NCBI RefSeq assembly: GCF_006345805.1
Contig: NW_021834033.1
Coordinates: 1-27,227 of the forward strand
Direction of reading: 5' to 3'
DNA length: 27,227 nucleotides
From: Octopus sinensis
Taxonomy: Eukaryota
Shown here: positions 8,979 through 20,426 of the stretch, in pieces
Numbering within the stretch: position 1 is the first letter of the stretch
Layout: every line of letters starts with the position of its first letter
The notes under the pieces: model-generated
What the model was told of the DNA's origin: nothing
The model's input: the letters and a program-made list of their open reading frames with translations, nothing else
Database searches by the model: none
Program-made: the position numbers and the translations under genes

Positions 8979-9524
8979 CTATTCCTCCATCGCCATACTC
9001 TCCTTGCTTTCTCGCCTCTTTCCCGTCATACGTTTCCATCCACCCATAACCGTTCCTTTCCTCCCTTCCCTCTTCCCCCTCTTTGACCCCCTCTTTCCTC
9101 CCTCTTTCTCCACCTCCTTTCTCTCTTCCCCTCTATTGTCACACTCTCCCATTTTTTTCTCTCTCTGAATTCCCCACACTTGCCCCCTCTTTCCTCTATC
9201 CCCCTCTCTCTCATTCCTTCCTGACTCCCTCTCTCTTTTCTTTCTGTAACATCTTGATCTCACTTTACTAACAAGGACCATTCTCTCTCTCTCTCTCTCT
9301 CATATTCGGTCTGTCCATCATTTGCCTCTTTCTATATTTTCTTTCTTTTTCCTTTCTGTCACTCATTTCTTTCTGTCGTTTTTTGTTTGTCTATTTCTTT
9401 TTCTTTTCCTTCCTTCCTTCTGTCCTTCTATCTCTCTCTCCCTTCCTCCTTTTCTTTCTTTCCTTCTTTCGCACTTTCTTTCTCTCTTCCACTCATTCGT
9501 ATATATAGAAATATAAAAGATGAA

Positions 9525-9589
9525 GAGTCTCGAACCATAGACTAGATCATGAATGGCCAAACCCTAACCACTAAGCCACGCGCCTCCAC
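9525..9589 (-). mobile_element. Isolated tRNA-like SINE head
   Basis: Reverse complement gtggaggcgcgtggcttagtggttaggg..ggttcgagac, with A box TGGCTTAGTGG and B box GGTTCGAGAC. No cloverleaf. Confidence 0.7.
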
Positions 9590-9592
9590 GCA

Positions 9593-9681
<89 letters not shown>

Positions 9682-9740
9682 GTCTATCTATCTGTCTGTC
9701 TGTCTACTTATATGTCTGTCTGTCTATCTATCTATCTATA
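9593..9740. repeat. (TATC)n microsatellite
   Basis: Directly visible. Confidence 0.95.
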
Positions 9741-10066
9741 CGAACACACACACACACACACACACACCGTAATTTATTTACTGCTCACATCCAGAAAGTG
9801 TCTTAATCAATTCCCCCACATTTCTCATAATCTGACAACCTTTCGTTCCTCCTTACACTTCACATGTCTTTTTCAGCCCCAATCGTCCGCCCTATCTCCA
9901 ACACACACACACACACACCGAACCACTCCACCCACGCCATACACTACTGACACACGTCTGCCACCTTACATAATACTCCCATTGTTTCTTACCGCCATAT
10001 CTCAACCTCTTTTCTGTCTTCGCCTTTATCTCTGCAATTATCTGATTTTTCTTTTGAAAAGATAAA

Positions 10067-10098
10067 TACATATATACATACATACATACATACATACA

Positions 10099-10130
<32 letters not shown>

Positions 10131-10157
10131 CAAACAGACACAGACACAGACACACAG

Positions 10158-10195
<38 letters not shown>
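10067..10195. repeat. (CATA)n / (CA)n / (TA)n compound microsatellite
   Basis: Directly visible. Confidence 0.9.
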
Positions 10196-10198
<3 letters not shown>

Positions 10199-10224
10199 GG
10201 TGGTAAATATATATATGTATTCTT

Positions 10225-10478
10225 TTTATTCTATTGTTCTTTTATCTGTTTCAGTGAATTGACTGCTGCCATGCTGGAGTGCCGCCTTTTAGTCGAACAA
10301 ATCAAATCCAAGACTTATTATTCTTTGTAAGACTAGTACTTATTCCATCGGTCGCTTTTGACGAACCGCTAAATTACGGGGACATAAACACACCAAAACT
10401 TACCCAAGGTGCCACGCAGTGGGACTGAATCCGGAACCATGTCGTTTGCAATCAAGATACGTACCACATAGTTACGCC
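10225..10478 (-). mobile_element. SINE family A, internally deleted copy
   Basis: 3' half (10225-10400) is joined directly to the head (ccaaggtgccacgcagtgggactgaatccggaacc..acgcc); the middle, including the microsatellite, is missing. Confidence 0.85.
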
Positions 10479-10510
<32 letters not shown>

Positions 10511-10671
10511 ATAATATATATATATATTATATATATATATTATATATATATATTATATATATATACATACATACATATATATACATAGTGGAAGCCGATT
10601 ATTGTAATCATAGGTAATATTATTAAACGGTTATTATTGTCAATATTGTGGATCCGAAGCACACAGAGGAT

Positions 10672-10881
10672 GCTGGTTTCAAATTTGGGCACGAAGCCAG
10701 CAATTTCGAGAGGCTAAAACGATTACATCAACGCCAGTGTCCAACTGGTACTTGTTTCATCGACTCCGAGGTGAAGAAAGGCAAAGTCCACCTGGACAGA
10801 ATTTGAACTCAGAACGTAAAAATGGACCAAGTGCCGCTAAGTATTTTACCTGATGTGCAAAGGATTCTGCGAGTTCACCGT
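10672..10881 (-). mobile_element. tRNA-derived SINE family C (Deu/Nin-domain-like), tandem copy 1
   Basis: Reverse complement aligns with 26276-26685 (ctgagttcaaattc..gactttgcctttc..tcgat..aagtaccagtt). Confidence 0.8.
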
Positions 10882-10887
10882 ATCAAG

Positions 10888-11105
10888 ATACTTGTTTCAA
10901 ATTTTGGCACAAGGCCAGCAATTTCAGCGTGTGCGTAAGTCCATTACATCGACCCTACTGCTTAATTTGGTAGTTATTTTATTAACCCCGGAAGAATGAA
11001 AGACAAATTCGAGCTGAGCAGAATTTGAACTCGGGGCATAAAGACGGACGGAAAGCCGTTAAGCATTTTGTCCGTCGTGCTAATGATTCCGCCTGTTCCC
11101 CGTCT
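10888..11105 (-). mobile_element. SINE family C, tandem copy 2
   Basis: Same layout: tttcaaattttggcacaaggccagcaattt..ttacatcgacc..agaatttgaactc..taagcattt. Confidence 0.8.
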
Positions 11106-11119
11106 TAGGCACATCCAAG

Positions 11120-11338
11120 ATATTGGTTTCAAATTTTGGCACAAGGCCAGCAGTTTCGAGGAAGGGGTTAAAACGGTTACATCGACTGCAATGTTCAACT
11201 GGTACTTATTTCCATCGATCTCAAGAAGCATGAAAGTCGAAACCCGTTTCGGTAGAACTTGAACTCAAAGCATAAAGACAGACAAAATACCGCTAAGCAT
11301 TTCGCCCACCTTTTGAAGATCCTGCTAACTCGCCGCCT
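11120..11338 (-). mobile_element. SINE family C, tandem copy 3
   Basis: Same layout; ends in ctaactcgccgcc, the reverse complement of the head ggcggcgagttag. Confidence 0.8.
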
Positions 11339-11396
11339 GAAGGGCAGTAGGGATATTGCTTTACTGTCTTATATTGTCGTGTCTTTTTCCTAAGTA

Positions 11397-11895
11397 TTGA
11401 GTCATCCCATAAATAATGCGTTTTTTATATATTTCTTATATTTTTCAAAATTCAGGTAAGCAAAATTCTTTTTGAATCTAAAATATACTCTCCTTCATTT
11501 TCTACAATGCTCTTCCATCTATCTGGTAGACTTGCAAGGCTCCTCTTCCTAAACTCACTTGTCTGTGACGAAAATTACTCCTCCAGTACTGTTCTGACCT
11601 CGTCTACATAATTCATATTTTTTCCGGCCAAATGATTTTGAAGGATACGGAATAATTGATAATCAGATGGGGCAATGTCTGGCAAATATGGTGAGTGGGG
11701 CAGCGTTTCCCATTCAAACTGCTCCAGCCTTTGGAATGTCATCCTCGCTGTATGTGCCTGAACATTATCCTGATGGAAGAGCACTTCTCTTCTTGACACC
11801 AAAGATGGTTGTTTTTCTTCTAGTGCTGGTGTCAATGAATGGTTGAAGTACCAAATCCAAGCTTCTCTGCTAGTTCCTCAACAGTTCTTCAACGC
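11397..11895 (-). mobile_element. Mariner (DD34D) remnant, one TIR
   Basis: TA|ttgagtcatcccataaataatgcg end at 11397. Catalytic segment HQDNVQAHTA..LPHSPYLPDIAPSDYQLF (11575-11835) is fused through a deletion to HTH-like TVEELAEKLGFGTSTIH (~11834-11884). Confidence 0.9.
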
Positions 11896-11922
11896 AACAT
11901 TCTAAAGTAGAGAAGAGGTGCC

Positions 11923-12010
11923 TCCTCCTCTTCCTCCTCCTCCTCCTCCACCACCACCACCACCACTCCTACTTCACCTACTCCTCCTCCTCCTCCTCCT
12001 CCTCCTCCTC

Positions 12011-12064
<54 letters not shown>

Positions 12065-12065
12065 A
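11923..12065. repeat. (CCT)n/(CCA)n/(CTA)n triplet microsatellite
   Basis: Directly visible; explains the poly-V/G/E ORF. Confidence 0.9.
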
Positions 12066-12224
12066 CTGTATCGTTGTCGTTGTTGTTCTGCTCATAAGAA
12101 CCACACCCAAATTTGCTTTGTTAAGCCTGCGGGCTAAGTAGCAGCTGATAACAAAAATGCATTATAGCAAGCCACAAATAGTTGGATAGTGAAAGAATTA
12201 TACAGGCCAGATGGACATGTCTGT

Positions 12225-12330
12225 ATATATGTGTATATGTATGTATGTGCGTATATATGTGTATGTATGTATGTATGTATGTATGTATGTATGTATGTAT
12301 CTATCTATCTATCTATCTATCTAACTACCT
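12225..12330. repeat. (TATG)n(TATC)n microsatellite
   Basis: Directly visible. Confidence 0.9.
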
Positions 12331-12370
12331 GTCTATGTACATATCTCTTCCCCTCTGTCTGTCTCTGTTC

Positions 12371-12393
<23 letters not shown>

Positions 12394-12401
<8 letters not shown>

Positions 12402-12742
12402 TTGTTTCAGTCATTAGACTGCGCCCTTCCTGGGTCACTGCCCGAAAGAATTCTAGTCGAACGAATCGACTCAAAGATATATTTTATTTAAGCCTAGTAC
12501 TTATTCTATCGTTCACTTTTGCCGAACCGCTATTTTTAAAGGGATATAAACACTCCAATACCGCTTACCAAGTAGTGACAACGATGAACACAAAGGTACA
12601 CACATATATATGACGGGTTTCTTTCAGTTTCCGTCTACCATATCTAGTCAGAAAGCTTTGGTCAACTCGAGGATATCGTGGGTGACATTTGCCCAAAGTG
12701 ACACTGATGGGGACTGGACCCAGAACCCTGTGGTTGAGAACT
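12394..12742 (-). mobile_element. SINE family A, near full length
   Basis: Has the 3' tail (cttttacttgtttcagtcatt), middle (tttgccgaaccgct; tgacgggtttctttcagtttccgtctacca) and head (ggggactggacccagaacc.tgtggttg) in order. Confidence 0.85.
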
Positions 12743-12877
12743 CGACTGAGGAAAGAAAATTCTGAATGACTCGTCCTTGTTTTCTTTGTCTCATCTGTCT
12801 GGATGTTTTGTTGTCCCGTTTTTGTTGTATCACCTAACTGTCTGGATGTTTTGCGTTCTTGTCCCATCTTTGTATTT

Positions 12878-12879
12878 TA

Positions 12880-12945
<66 letters not shown>
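12878..12945. repeat. (TA)n microsatellite
   Basis: Directly visible. Confidence 0.95.
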
Positions 12946-12946
<1 letters not shown>

Positions 12947-14510
12947 GATATATTATAGTTTTACAGTTGTTATATATACATTCATATATGTGTGTATGTG
13001 TATCGATCTCTCTTGCTCCTCTCTCTCTCTGTCTCTTTACAGTCGTGATTAGTAGTTTGGGACAAAGTTGGTGGCCAATAAAAGCAGCCTTAAATTAAAA
13101 TAGCCTTCTATATATCTTTACATATAAAAGCTGATGTAAATACATCGTTAAAAATTCAAATTTACTGTGGTATTTGTCCAGAGATAACATCTCTTATGGA
13201 TGTGCTGGAGTATGTAGCTGTGAATATACAACAAGACGAGGTACTCTCTATTGAAAGCTTGTTTACTGCTGTCTTGCTCAACCAGGCCTACAATGAAGTA
13301 AAGCTATATATCTAAAATGATTAAGAAACGACAGTTCCTTTTCTATGCTAGATTTACGTATAAACTAACGAAGCCATACATTCACGATTCACATGGGCAT
13401 AATATTAAAACGCATTAGTTTATGAATTGTTTATAGAATTTCTGGTGTAATTAGATTTTTTTAAAGATCTTTATTTAGAAACCTGTAATTTCAAGTTCGA
13501 TTACATTGCATGGCACTATCAGGTAATTTGTGAGGTCTCTCATGAGTGTTTGTCGTTACATGGACTTCAGTACAACCTGCTGCATGGCAGATAGTCGGTG
13601 ACTAAACCAGCACCCCAGCTAGGTTTGCCAGGACTAAAAACAAAACCTGTCAAAAGGACGGATGAGCTTAGTGTAGACTTAACGTCTATCTACTCATAGT
13701 AAGAGCTCTCAGTAATTGTGGGCTGGTGTCCAGCATGCTAGAAGACCACTGGAAGTGAAGAACCCTTCAACTTTTATTAAAGCTTCAAACATAGCCTACG
13801 TCTGCTTCGATAATCGGCGGTGATTTGGTCAGCGAATCCTCTGCGACGATCGATAGTTAACGGTAAGATAAACTGCTACGGAGCTCAATATCCCAAAGTG
13901 TGTATGCTTGTGACTAAGGACCACATGTGAACTTGTATTCTTACTGAAACTCAGAACACGAACTCTACACCTCAGCAGCAGATGTGCTCAATATTCGTAA
14001 GAGACGTAGTTAACTCGTTGGTCGGAGCCGGCTCAACCTCAACTCGGATGAATGCCACAGTGAGTACAAGTACAAAGTACTGAGCATGTATCACCTACCA
14101 TCTCTTCGGAGTTCAAGTGAAAATGAGTGGACTGAAATTTTATAGATGTCCATTAAGTGTCGCCTAGCCTTTATATAACTTAGGACCACACCAAGTGTAA
14201 TTCTGTTACTAATCACTTGAACGATTGTGGTAAATGATTGGATGGGTTAAATACATGTTTATTTTTTTCGGCTCGTGTCTGATCAGTGAGTCGCAATATC
14301 AGAATATCCTATTCTATAACAGCGTTTTCGTTGACTCCATGGACAAGGCACATCACGCGTAAAATATCTGTAATTAAGTGCAGGTGCGAAAGTAAGATTT
14401 GCTGCTTAGTAGTAACCACAGCATAGAACCATGGCGAGCCGACAATGAAAATTTTGAATTTGGACATATGTGAATTTTTGTGAAATTAATGTGAGAAAGA
14501 CTCGAATATA

Positions 14511-14910
14511 CAGGATGCCGCAAAAGTCACGCACCACCCCAATGATGAGAAAAACTGGTTACATAGGCGTTATGATAATCTTTTATTTCATTTATATAAC
14601 ATTGATTATCATAAAATTATTAACTCACAACAGAAAACTGGTTAGAAGTATTGTTCAAAGTGATTTCCTTCTCATTCAACACATTACTGAAAGCGAAACC
14701 AAAGAGAATTTTGTACATTATTTAAGATTTCAATGTCAAACTTTGCACATTGAATTCTAATGCTTTCTTTTAATTCTTCAACACTACCGGGACGAGTTGT
14801 ATAGACAACGGACTTAAGATGATCTATGAGAAAAAGTCAAGGGGAGTTAGGTCTGGGGATCTCGGAGACCAAGACACAGGAGCTCGTCTTTCAGTTCACT
14901 GATAAGGCAC
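14511..14910 (-). mobile_element. Tc1/mariner remnant, DD41D (rosa)-like, one TIR
   Basis: TA|caggatgccgcaaaagtc end at 14511. Minus strand 14905-14642 translates Q*TERRAPVSWSPRSPDLTPLDFFS* /fs/ HLKSVVYTTRPGSVEELKESIR..EGNHFEQYF*, matching the RWIGRxGPxxWPPRSPDLTPLDFFLWG motif. This remnant is not in the ORF track. Confidence 0.85.
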
Positions 14911-15759
14911 TAAAAAGAATAATAATCCTGTTGTGAATATTCATCACATTTACTTTCAAAAAATAAATATGAAGAATTCGTTTTTGGATTTGGTTTGCAA
15001 GATTCTTTAGTCAAGACTATTGAAAAGGTTGCAAGACGCAACGAAAATTTTAGGAAAATATAAATAAGAAATAAGTGGAAATTTTACCGGTGAGTGTGTT
15101 ACATTATAAGGCACAAAAAGAAAATGACTCTCCCCAGACACAACAAAATATGAAGATGTTATAGTGAAGGGTTATTTCACTGACTAGCTCATAAAATCAT
15201 CATATTGAGCTATACCGCAAAAACTTATCAAATTTATGTATTAATCACAACCGAAAAAGTCTAATATATCGTCAGCGAAATAATCGAACTCACTCCGGTA
15301 CTGAGGGAAGCTACTTTTGTAACTATCATTACATGAGAACAGAATTTTCAGGAGCAACAAGAAAGAAATCCATAAAAATAAGATAGAAATAGAAAAAGAA
15401 AGAAATGAATAAAAGGGAAGAACCACGAGAAAAGAGAAGAAAATGGAGAAAAGACACGTTAAATGTAGAACAAATGAGAAAGAAAATGTATAAAAATAAA
15501 ATGGTTGAGGGCGATAAGAGATTTTTCTCCACGAAACAAGCTAATTAAGACTTGTCTTTCTAATGAGTGATTGTTTAGATGTAACATCATTGAGTAGCAG
15601 ACGACATGTATAACACCAACGGCAGCCATTACTGCAGTCTAACTTTGACTTTAATAATAATAAAACAAAAAATAAAATATAAAACAATGTCCCCTCCATC
15701 TAGTGAAACAAGGGAAGTAATTAGGACATTGATGTTTGGTGGCATTAATGTGGTCGTGA

Positions 15760-15950
15760 GGGGGGTTGTGGTTGTGGTGTTGGTAGTTGTATTAGTAATG
15801 GTGGTAGAGGTCGTGTAGTTGGTGTTGGTGGCGGTGGTAGTAAGAGCAGTAGTGTTAATGGTGTTGTTGGCTTTAGTGGTTGTGCTAGTAATGGTCGTAG
15901 CGGTAGTGTTAGTAATAATGTATTCACTTGTAGTGATGGTAGTGTTGAGG
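15760..15950. repeat. Degenerate GTN/TGG triplet low-complexity tract
   Basis: Directly visible; gives poly-V and poly-T ORFs. Confidence 0.85.
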
Positions 15951-15999
15951 TGAGAAGTGCGGACCAATAGGTGTCTGATAATAGAAAAGGAAAATGTGA

Positions 16000-16017
16000 T
16001 AGATAGATAAACAGAGG

Positions 16018-16086
<69 letters not shown>

Positions 16087-16110
16087 GTAGGTAGGTAGAT
16101 AGATAGATAG
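16000..16110. repeat. (GATA)n microsatellite
   Basis: Directly visible. Confidence 0.95.
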
Positions 16111-16499
16111 ATTGAGAGAGAATAGGAAGAAATGAAGAGATTGATAAAGAAAGACCATTAGCTGGCTAGCTAGATATATTGATAGATAGATAACTACACT
16201 GGAAGACAAAGATATATCGATATATAGCTAGATAAGTATTTAGACTGATAACAGTGGCGTATAGTAGTAGTTGTTGAGCTGCCACGTCTCATGCCACCAA
16301 ATGTGAAGCAGGGGCACAACAAAAGTTTTCCATTATGGTTGGTGATAGAATTAATCACTTTAATATTTGTAATGAATTTGTCATTTTCGATGGATGTGCA
16401 ACGCACACCAAGTACGCTCGGAATATATTACCCTGATACAAATATATATATATATATTATATATATATATATATGGAGAGAGGGAGAGAGAGAGCAAAG

Positions 16500-17290
16500 T
16501 GTACGTACGCTGCAATATATATATATTATATATATATATATATATATAAGAATGAATGTTTTTATATATAATGAACGTGAAATACAGGAAGGGACGAACA
16601 CGGAACACAGACAAATCATTCGAAGCCTTCAATCTTCAGTCAGACACCGAATCATCATAGCAAATTTCGGCTGTTCAATTCTGATATTTGCTCCAACTCG
16701 GCCAGCCCCAAGAAAAAAACTAAGCTGTAAGCATTAGATTTCTTGGTAGAAGACAGGAATGTGAACGCACAAGACGGATGTGAATACAAGAGACGAAAAC
16801 GAAATTGAAAACAGTAATGAATAAACAAAATATATATAACAGTGGTTGTCATACGACTTTAGACCAAATGAGACAAAAACAACAACAACAACATAGCTGG
16901 CGTAGAAATAATTACCGTTTCGGTAGCGGGGACACATGTTGGTCGAGATACGAAGGCCAACAGAATGGTTGAAGAAGCAGCAGGTCGCAGGAGAGAGAGA
17001 AAGAGAGACAGAGAGAGAGGGAATCAAAGAGGGTGGAAGGCAGGGGACAGAATCAGTGACCAAGAGAGAAGGAGAAAGAAGGGATTAAGGAGGATGGGAG
17101 GAAGAGGGGAGGAGGATGGGAGGAAGAGAGGGGAAGAATCGGAGGGCGCCAAAAAGTTTGGTGAAGAAGCAATGGCGGGTAGTAAAAGACAGTGTGTATA
17201 GAAGTCGTGCAGGGTTTAAAATTGGACAAACAAACGGGGGGGTGCACGTAACGCCGCAATAATATAAGAATGAATGTTTTTATATATGTA
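16500..17290. repeat. Unclassified element bounded by direct repeats
   Basis: acgta(a)cgc.gcaata..tataagaatgaatgtttt(t)atatat occurs at ~16503-16570 (TA-expanded) and ~17246-17287. Confidence 0.5.
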
Positions 17291-17297
17291 TACGACC

Positions 17298-17370
17298 GTC
17301 TTTACGTTCTCAGTTCAAATCCCGCCATGGTAAACTTTGTCTTTCATCATTTCGGGACTGATAAAATTAT
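17298..17370 (+). mobile_element. SINE family C fragment (B box plus conserved domain)
   Basis: ttacgttctcagttcaaatcccgcc..actttgtctttcatcatttcgggactgataaaatta aligns with 26340-26405. Confidence 0.75.
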
Positions 17371-17421
17371 TAGTTGAACATGGGGCCGAACTTGCTGGAC
17401 TTATGCCAAAATTTGAAGCCA

Positions 17422-17854
17422 TTATTACCTCCACCTTAGCGAAATCGGAGGTATTGTTTTCAGTCGTGTTTGTTTGTTTGTTTGTCTGGATGGATTCTGA
17501 TGATATTTGGTACAAACTGGTTAGATTTTGGGATCGATCTGGTTGCCGTGGTAAATATCTAAAGAACCGCTGGATGGATTCGGATGAAACATTCAGGGAT
17601 ATTTTGTCTGGTAACTAGCACAAACTGATTAGATTTTGAGATCGATCCGGTAACGGACGGGGATTCTGAATAATTTTTCCTGCTTTTTTACTTAATTTTT
17701 GAGAGCAGACTGGTTCATTTTTAGTATTCTCGTTTGTGAGAGCAGTCGAGTTTATTTCAGATATTCTCATTTTTAAAAATCATCTCTGGCTAATCGTTGA
17801 GTGGGCGTTTGTGTTGCCTTGGCGGAGGTTTGCTCTCTGAGTGCTTTTGTTAGT
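17422..17854 (+). mobile_element. Helentron-associated non-autonomous element (HINE/DINE-1-like)
   Basis: 5' ttattacctccacc with local stem-loop acctcc..ggaggt; (GTTT)n; 3' subterminal inverted repeat ccttggcggaggt (17817-17829); 3' hairpin-like gctctctgagtgc; end ttagt. This is the established HINE architecture. Confidence 0.8.
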
Positions 17855-18324
17855 ATTAGTACTGGGGGAAAAAGGAAGAGAAGCAGGAGAAAGTGAAGGA
17901 GGCAGTAGCAATAGTGGTGTACACAATTCACCTTCAGTATTAGACTTCAAACATCATGACTCCCTCCCTCCCTTCCTCTCTCTCCCCTCTATCTCCCCAT
18001 TCTCCCCTCCCTCTCTCTTTCTCTCACATCAAAAGCTAAACCTTCAGAATAGTCTCTTATCTTTAGTCTGTTATTTAAAGCCTGATCTTTTCATATTTAT
18101 CGCATATTTACGATGCTTTATCACACACAACTCGTTTCTGTGTTGTCTGTCAGTACGTTTCTTTCTCTTGCCATTCCTCTCATTCGCAGGCGCCACCCCC
18201 GTTTATTCAGCTCTCTTTTCTCTTTATCCCCCCCCCCCAATTATACCTGGCTATCTTCGTCCTCTCACGTTTCCTTTCTCCCTCTTCTACCAGTCCATTC
18301 CGTCCTCCACTTTCTGTGTACATA

Positions 18325-18464
18325 TATGCGGTAAGAAGCTTGCTTACCAACCTCATGGTCATGGGTTCAGTCCAATTGCGTGGCACTATGGACAAGTATT
18401 TTCTACTATAACCACGGGTCGACCAAAGCCTTGTGAGTGGATTTGGTAGAAGGAAACTGAAAGA
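18325..18464 (+). mobile_element. SINE family A, 5' half
   Basis: ggtaagaagcttgcttaccaacc..gggttcagtcc..ccaaagccttgtgagtggatttggtagaaggaaactgaaagaa. Confidence 0.85.
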
Positions 18465-18900
18465 ATACCCCAGATTTGCTCGTCAGCTGCTCGATCGTAA
18501 CCAGTTGAGCATATCCCTTAGTGTCTGACATGTGCATCTCTGGTCACGATCAAGAGTATCATAACCATGTCTTGAAGGGGATTCCTTGGGGTTGGAATAA
18601 TTCATCCCATGAAACATGGGTGTTTTGTTCATCGTCTTTCAACAACACTTATTCAGGAGCATTTTGAGCAGGCTGACTCTGAAGAAAATTGGTATTCGGC
18701 TCCACTAGCAAGGTAATGCACTGTTTATCTTGATATGAGGTTAGCATGTCGTGCATATATGGTTGTGGCGCACGAGGTATATATACACTTGTAAGGCGTC
18801 TAAACAATATTGGCATAATGGGTTCCGTATATTTGTATCCAAGTGTCACATGGTGTGTGCTGCCCTCTCACTCAATAATGATAATAATAATAATAATAAA

Positions 18901-18952
<52 letters not shown>
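18465..18952 (+). repeat. Probable 3' end of a non-LTR retroelement with (AAT)n tail
   Basis: About 400 bp of complex sequence running directly into (AAT)n at 18872-18952; no ORF. The assignment is inference. Confidence 0.35.
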
Positions 18953-19157
18953 TCTGTTCTTTGTTTGATTTACGGGGTGAGCGCGAACGCAGACCCCACA
19001 CTTAGAAATAGCGCACCCGAGTCACCCACATTTGGGGCGATCGCAAAGGTCAACCCAACCGGAGTAGAATAATGGGAATGCATACAATGAGCTTCTTTAC
19101 CCTAGGAGTATGGAAAACACTCGGCGAGGAACGGAAGAAAATTTGAAGAAAGAAGGA

Positions 19158-19188
19158 AATAATAATAATAATAATAATAATAAAAATG

Positions 19189-19258
<70 letters not shown>
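19158..19258. repeat. (AAT)n microsatellite
   Basis: Directly visible; explains the poly-N and poly-I ORFs. Confidence 0.95.
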
Positions 19259-19261
<3 letters not shown>

Positions 19262-20029
19262 TTCTCAATTTTTGGTTCAAGGTCACCAATGCTGAGAGAA
19301 GGGTGTAGACAATTATGTCAGTCACTGTCCTTGACTGAGTCTTCATTCGATATGCTGTGGATACCGATTGATAAGGGCTGAAAATCACAGATTTCTTAAA
19401 CGAATGAATTACTAGATCGCCCTCAATATACGCTCTCATGTTTTAAAGGAGAGCAGTTTCGTCAATATTGTCCGCGGTGCAAAATTTATATTTTTTTTTA
19501 GAATAAAGTGTACATGCTGGCCTAGATTGTCTTATATCATCGGTGTTTTTTTATATTCGATCAGAGCTTACTTCGAGTTAAACAACAAAAGCAATAGCGA
19601 TAGCAACTATTGCAGTATCTGCGAATAACACAAAAGCAACAAGGCATAGCGTCATCAGCGATCGCAAAAGCAGTTGCAACATCAAAAACAAGAACATTAA
19701 CGAAAACAAAATTTGCAACAATTTCAACTTTTAATATCGATAAAAATCTATAAATAGCGCCAGAAAGAACTGTATAAGCAATAGTGGCATTTCCATACAG
19801 AGCCAGACGGTGCTAAACGGAACCTAACGGAACAAGACAAGACTGCACGAGAACAGACGAAACTAGATAGTACCTGGTAGAGGGGATATATATATCTATC
19901 ACGAGATTTGTTTGCATTCAAACATATATGGAAATATTGTAGAATATTAAATATATAGGATTCATATAATCAAAATAAGCAACAAGGTTATCCAGAGGTA
20001 ATGTAGTACGATCGTATAGATTCATATGT

Positions 20030-20074
20030 ATGTACGTATGTATGTATATATGTATGTATATATATATATATATC

Positions 20075-20135
<61 letters not shown>

Positions 20136-20184
20136 TGCTTGTGTGTGCATTTGTGAGAGGGCTCTGTTCGTGTAAACGTTGCTA

Positions 20185-20218
<34 letters not shown>

Positions 20219-20391
20219 TATATATAGAGAGAGAGAAGAGAGAGAGATACAGAGATAGCTAGCTAGATAAGTAGATAGATATACATATATATGTGTGTGA
20301 GTGTGTAGCTATATATATATTATATATATGAATATACATACATATATATATATATAATATATATATATACACATACATTCTAACGCACAAT

Positions 20392-20420
<29 letters not shown>
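20030..20420. repeat. Interrupted (TA)n / (GA)n tracts
   Basis: Directly visible. Confidence 0.85.

Positions 20421-20426
<6 letters not shown>

Noticed and set aside
7418-9168. Longest ORFs in the track (307, 231, 192, 173, 167 aa)
   Set aside because: Translations of TA/TATG and CT-rich repeats (poly-YI, poly-LS); open in several frames and both strands because the repeats lack stop codons.
10672-11338. CRISPR-like or satellite array
   Set aside because: Units are whole diverged SINEs with no short conserved repeat-spacer pattern; eukaryotic context.
12795-12853. 16-bp direct repeat ctgtctggatgttttg, 43 bp apart
   Set aside because: Only two copies; most simply a local slippage duplication.
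14470-14760. 96-aa + strand ORF
   Set aside because: Antisense to, and overlapping the end of, the DD41D-like transposon remnant.
15629-15967. Thr-rich mucin-like ORF
   Set aside because: Degenerate triplet repeat with no flanking coding signal or convincing splice context.
18960-19075. HDV-like ribozyme on the minus strand (GCG-UUCG-CGC)
   Set aside because: The loop is 4 nt rather than the ~7-nt L3, and no P1/P2 nested pseudoknot could be built.
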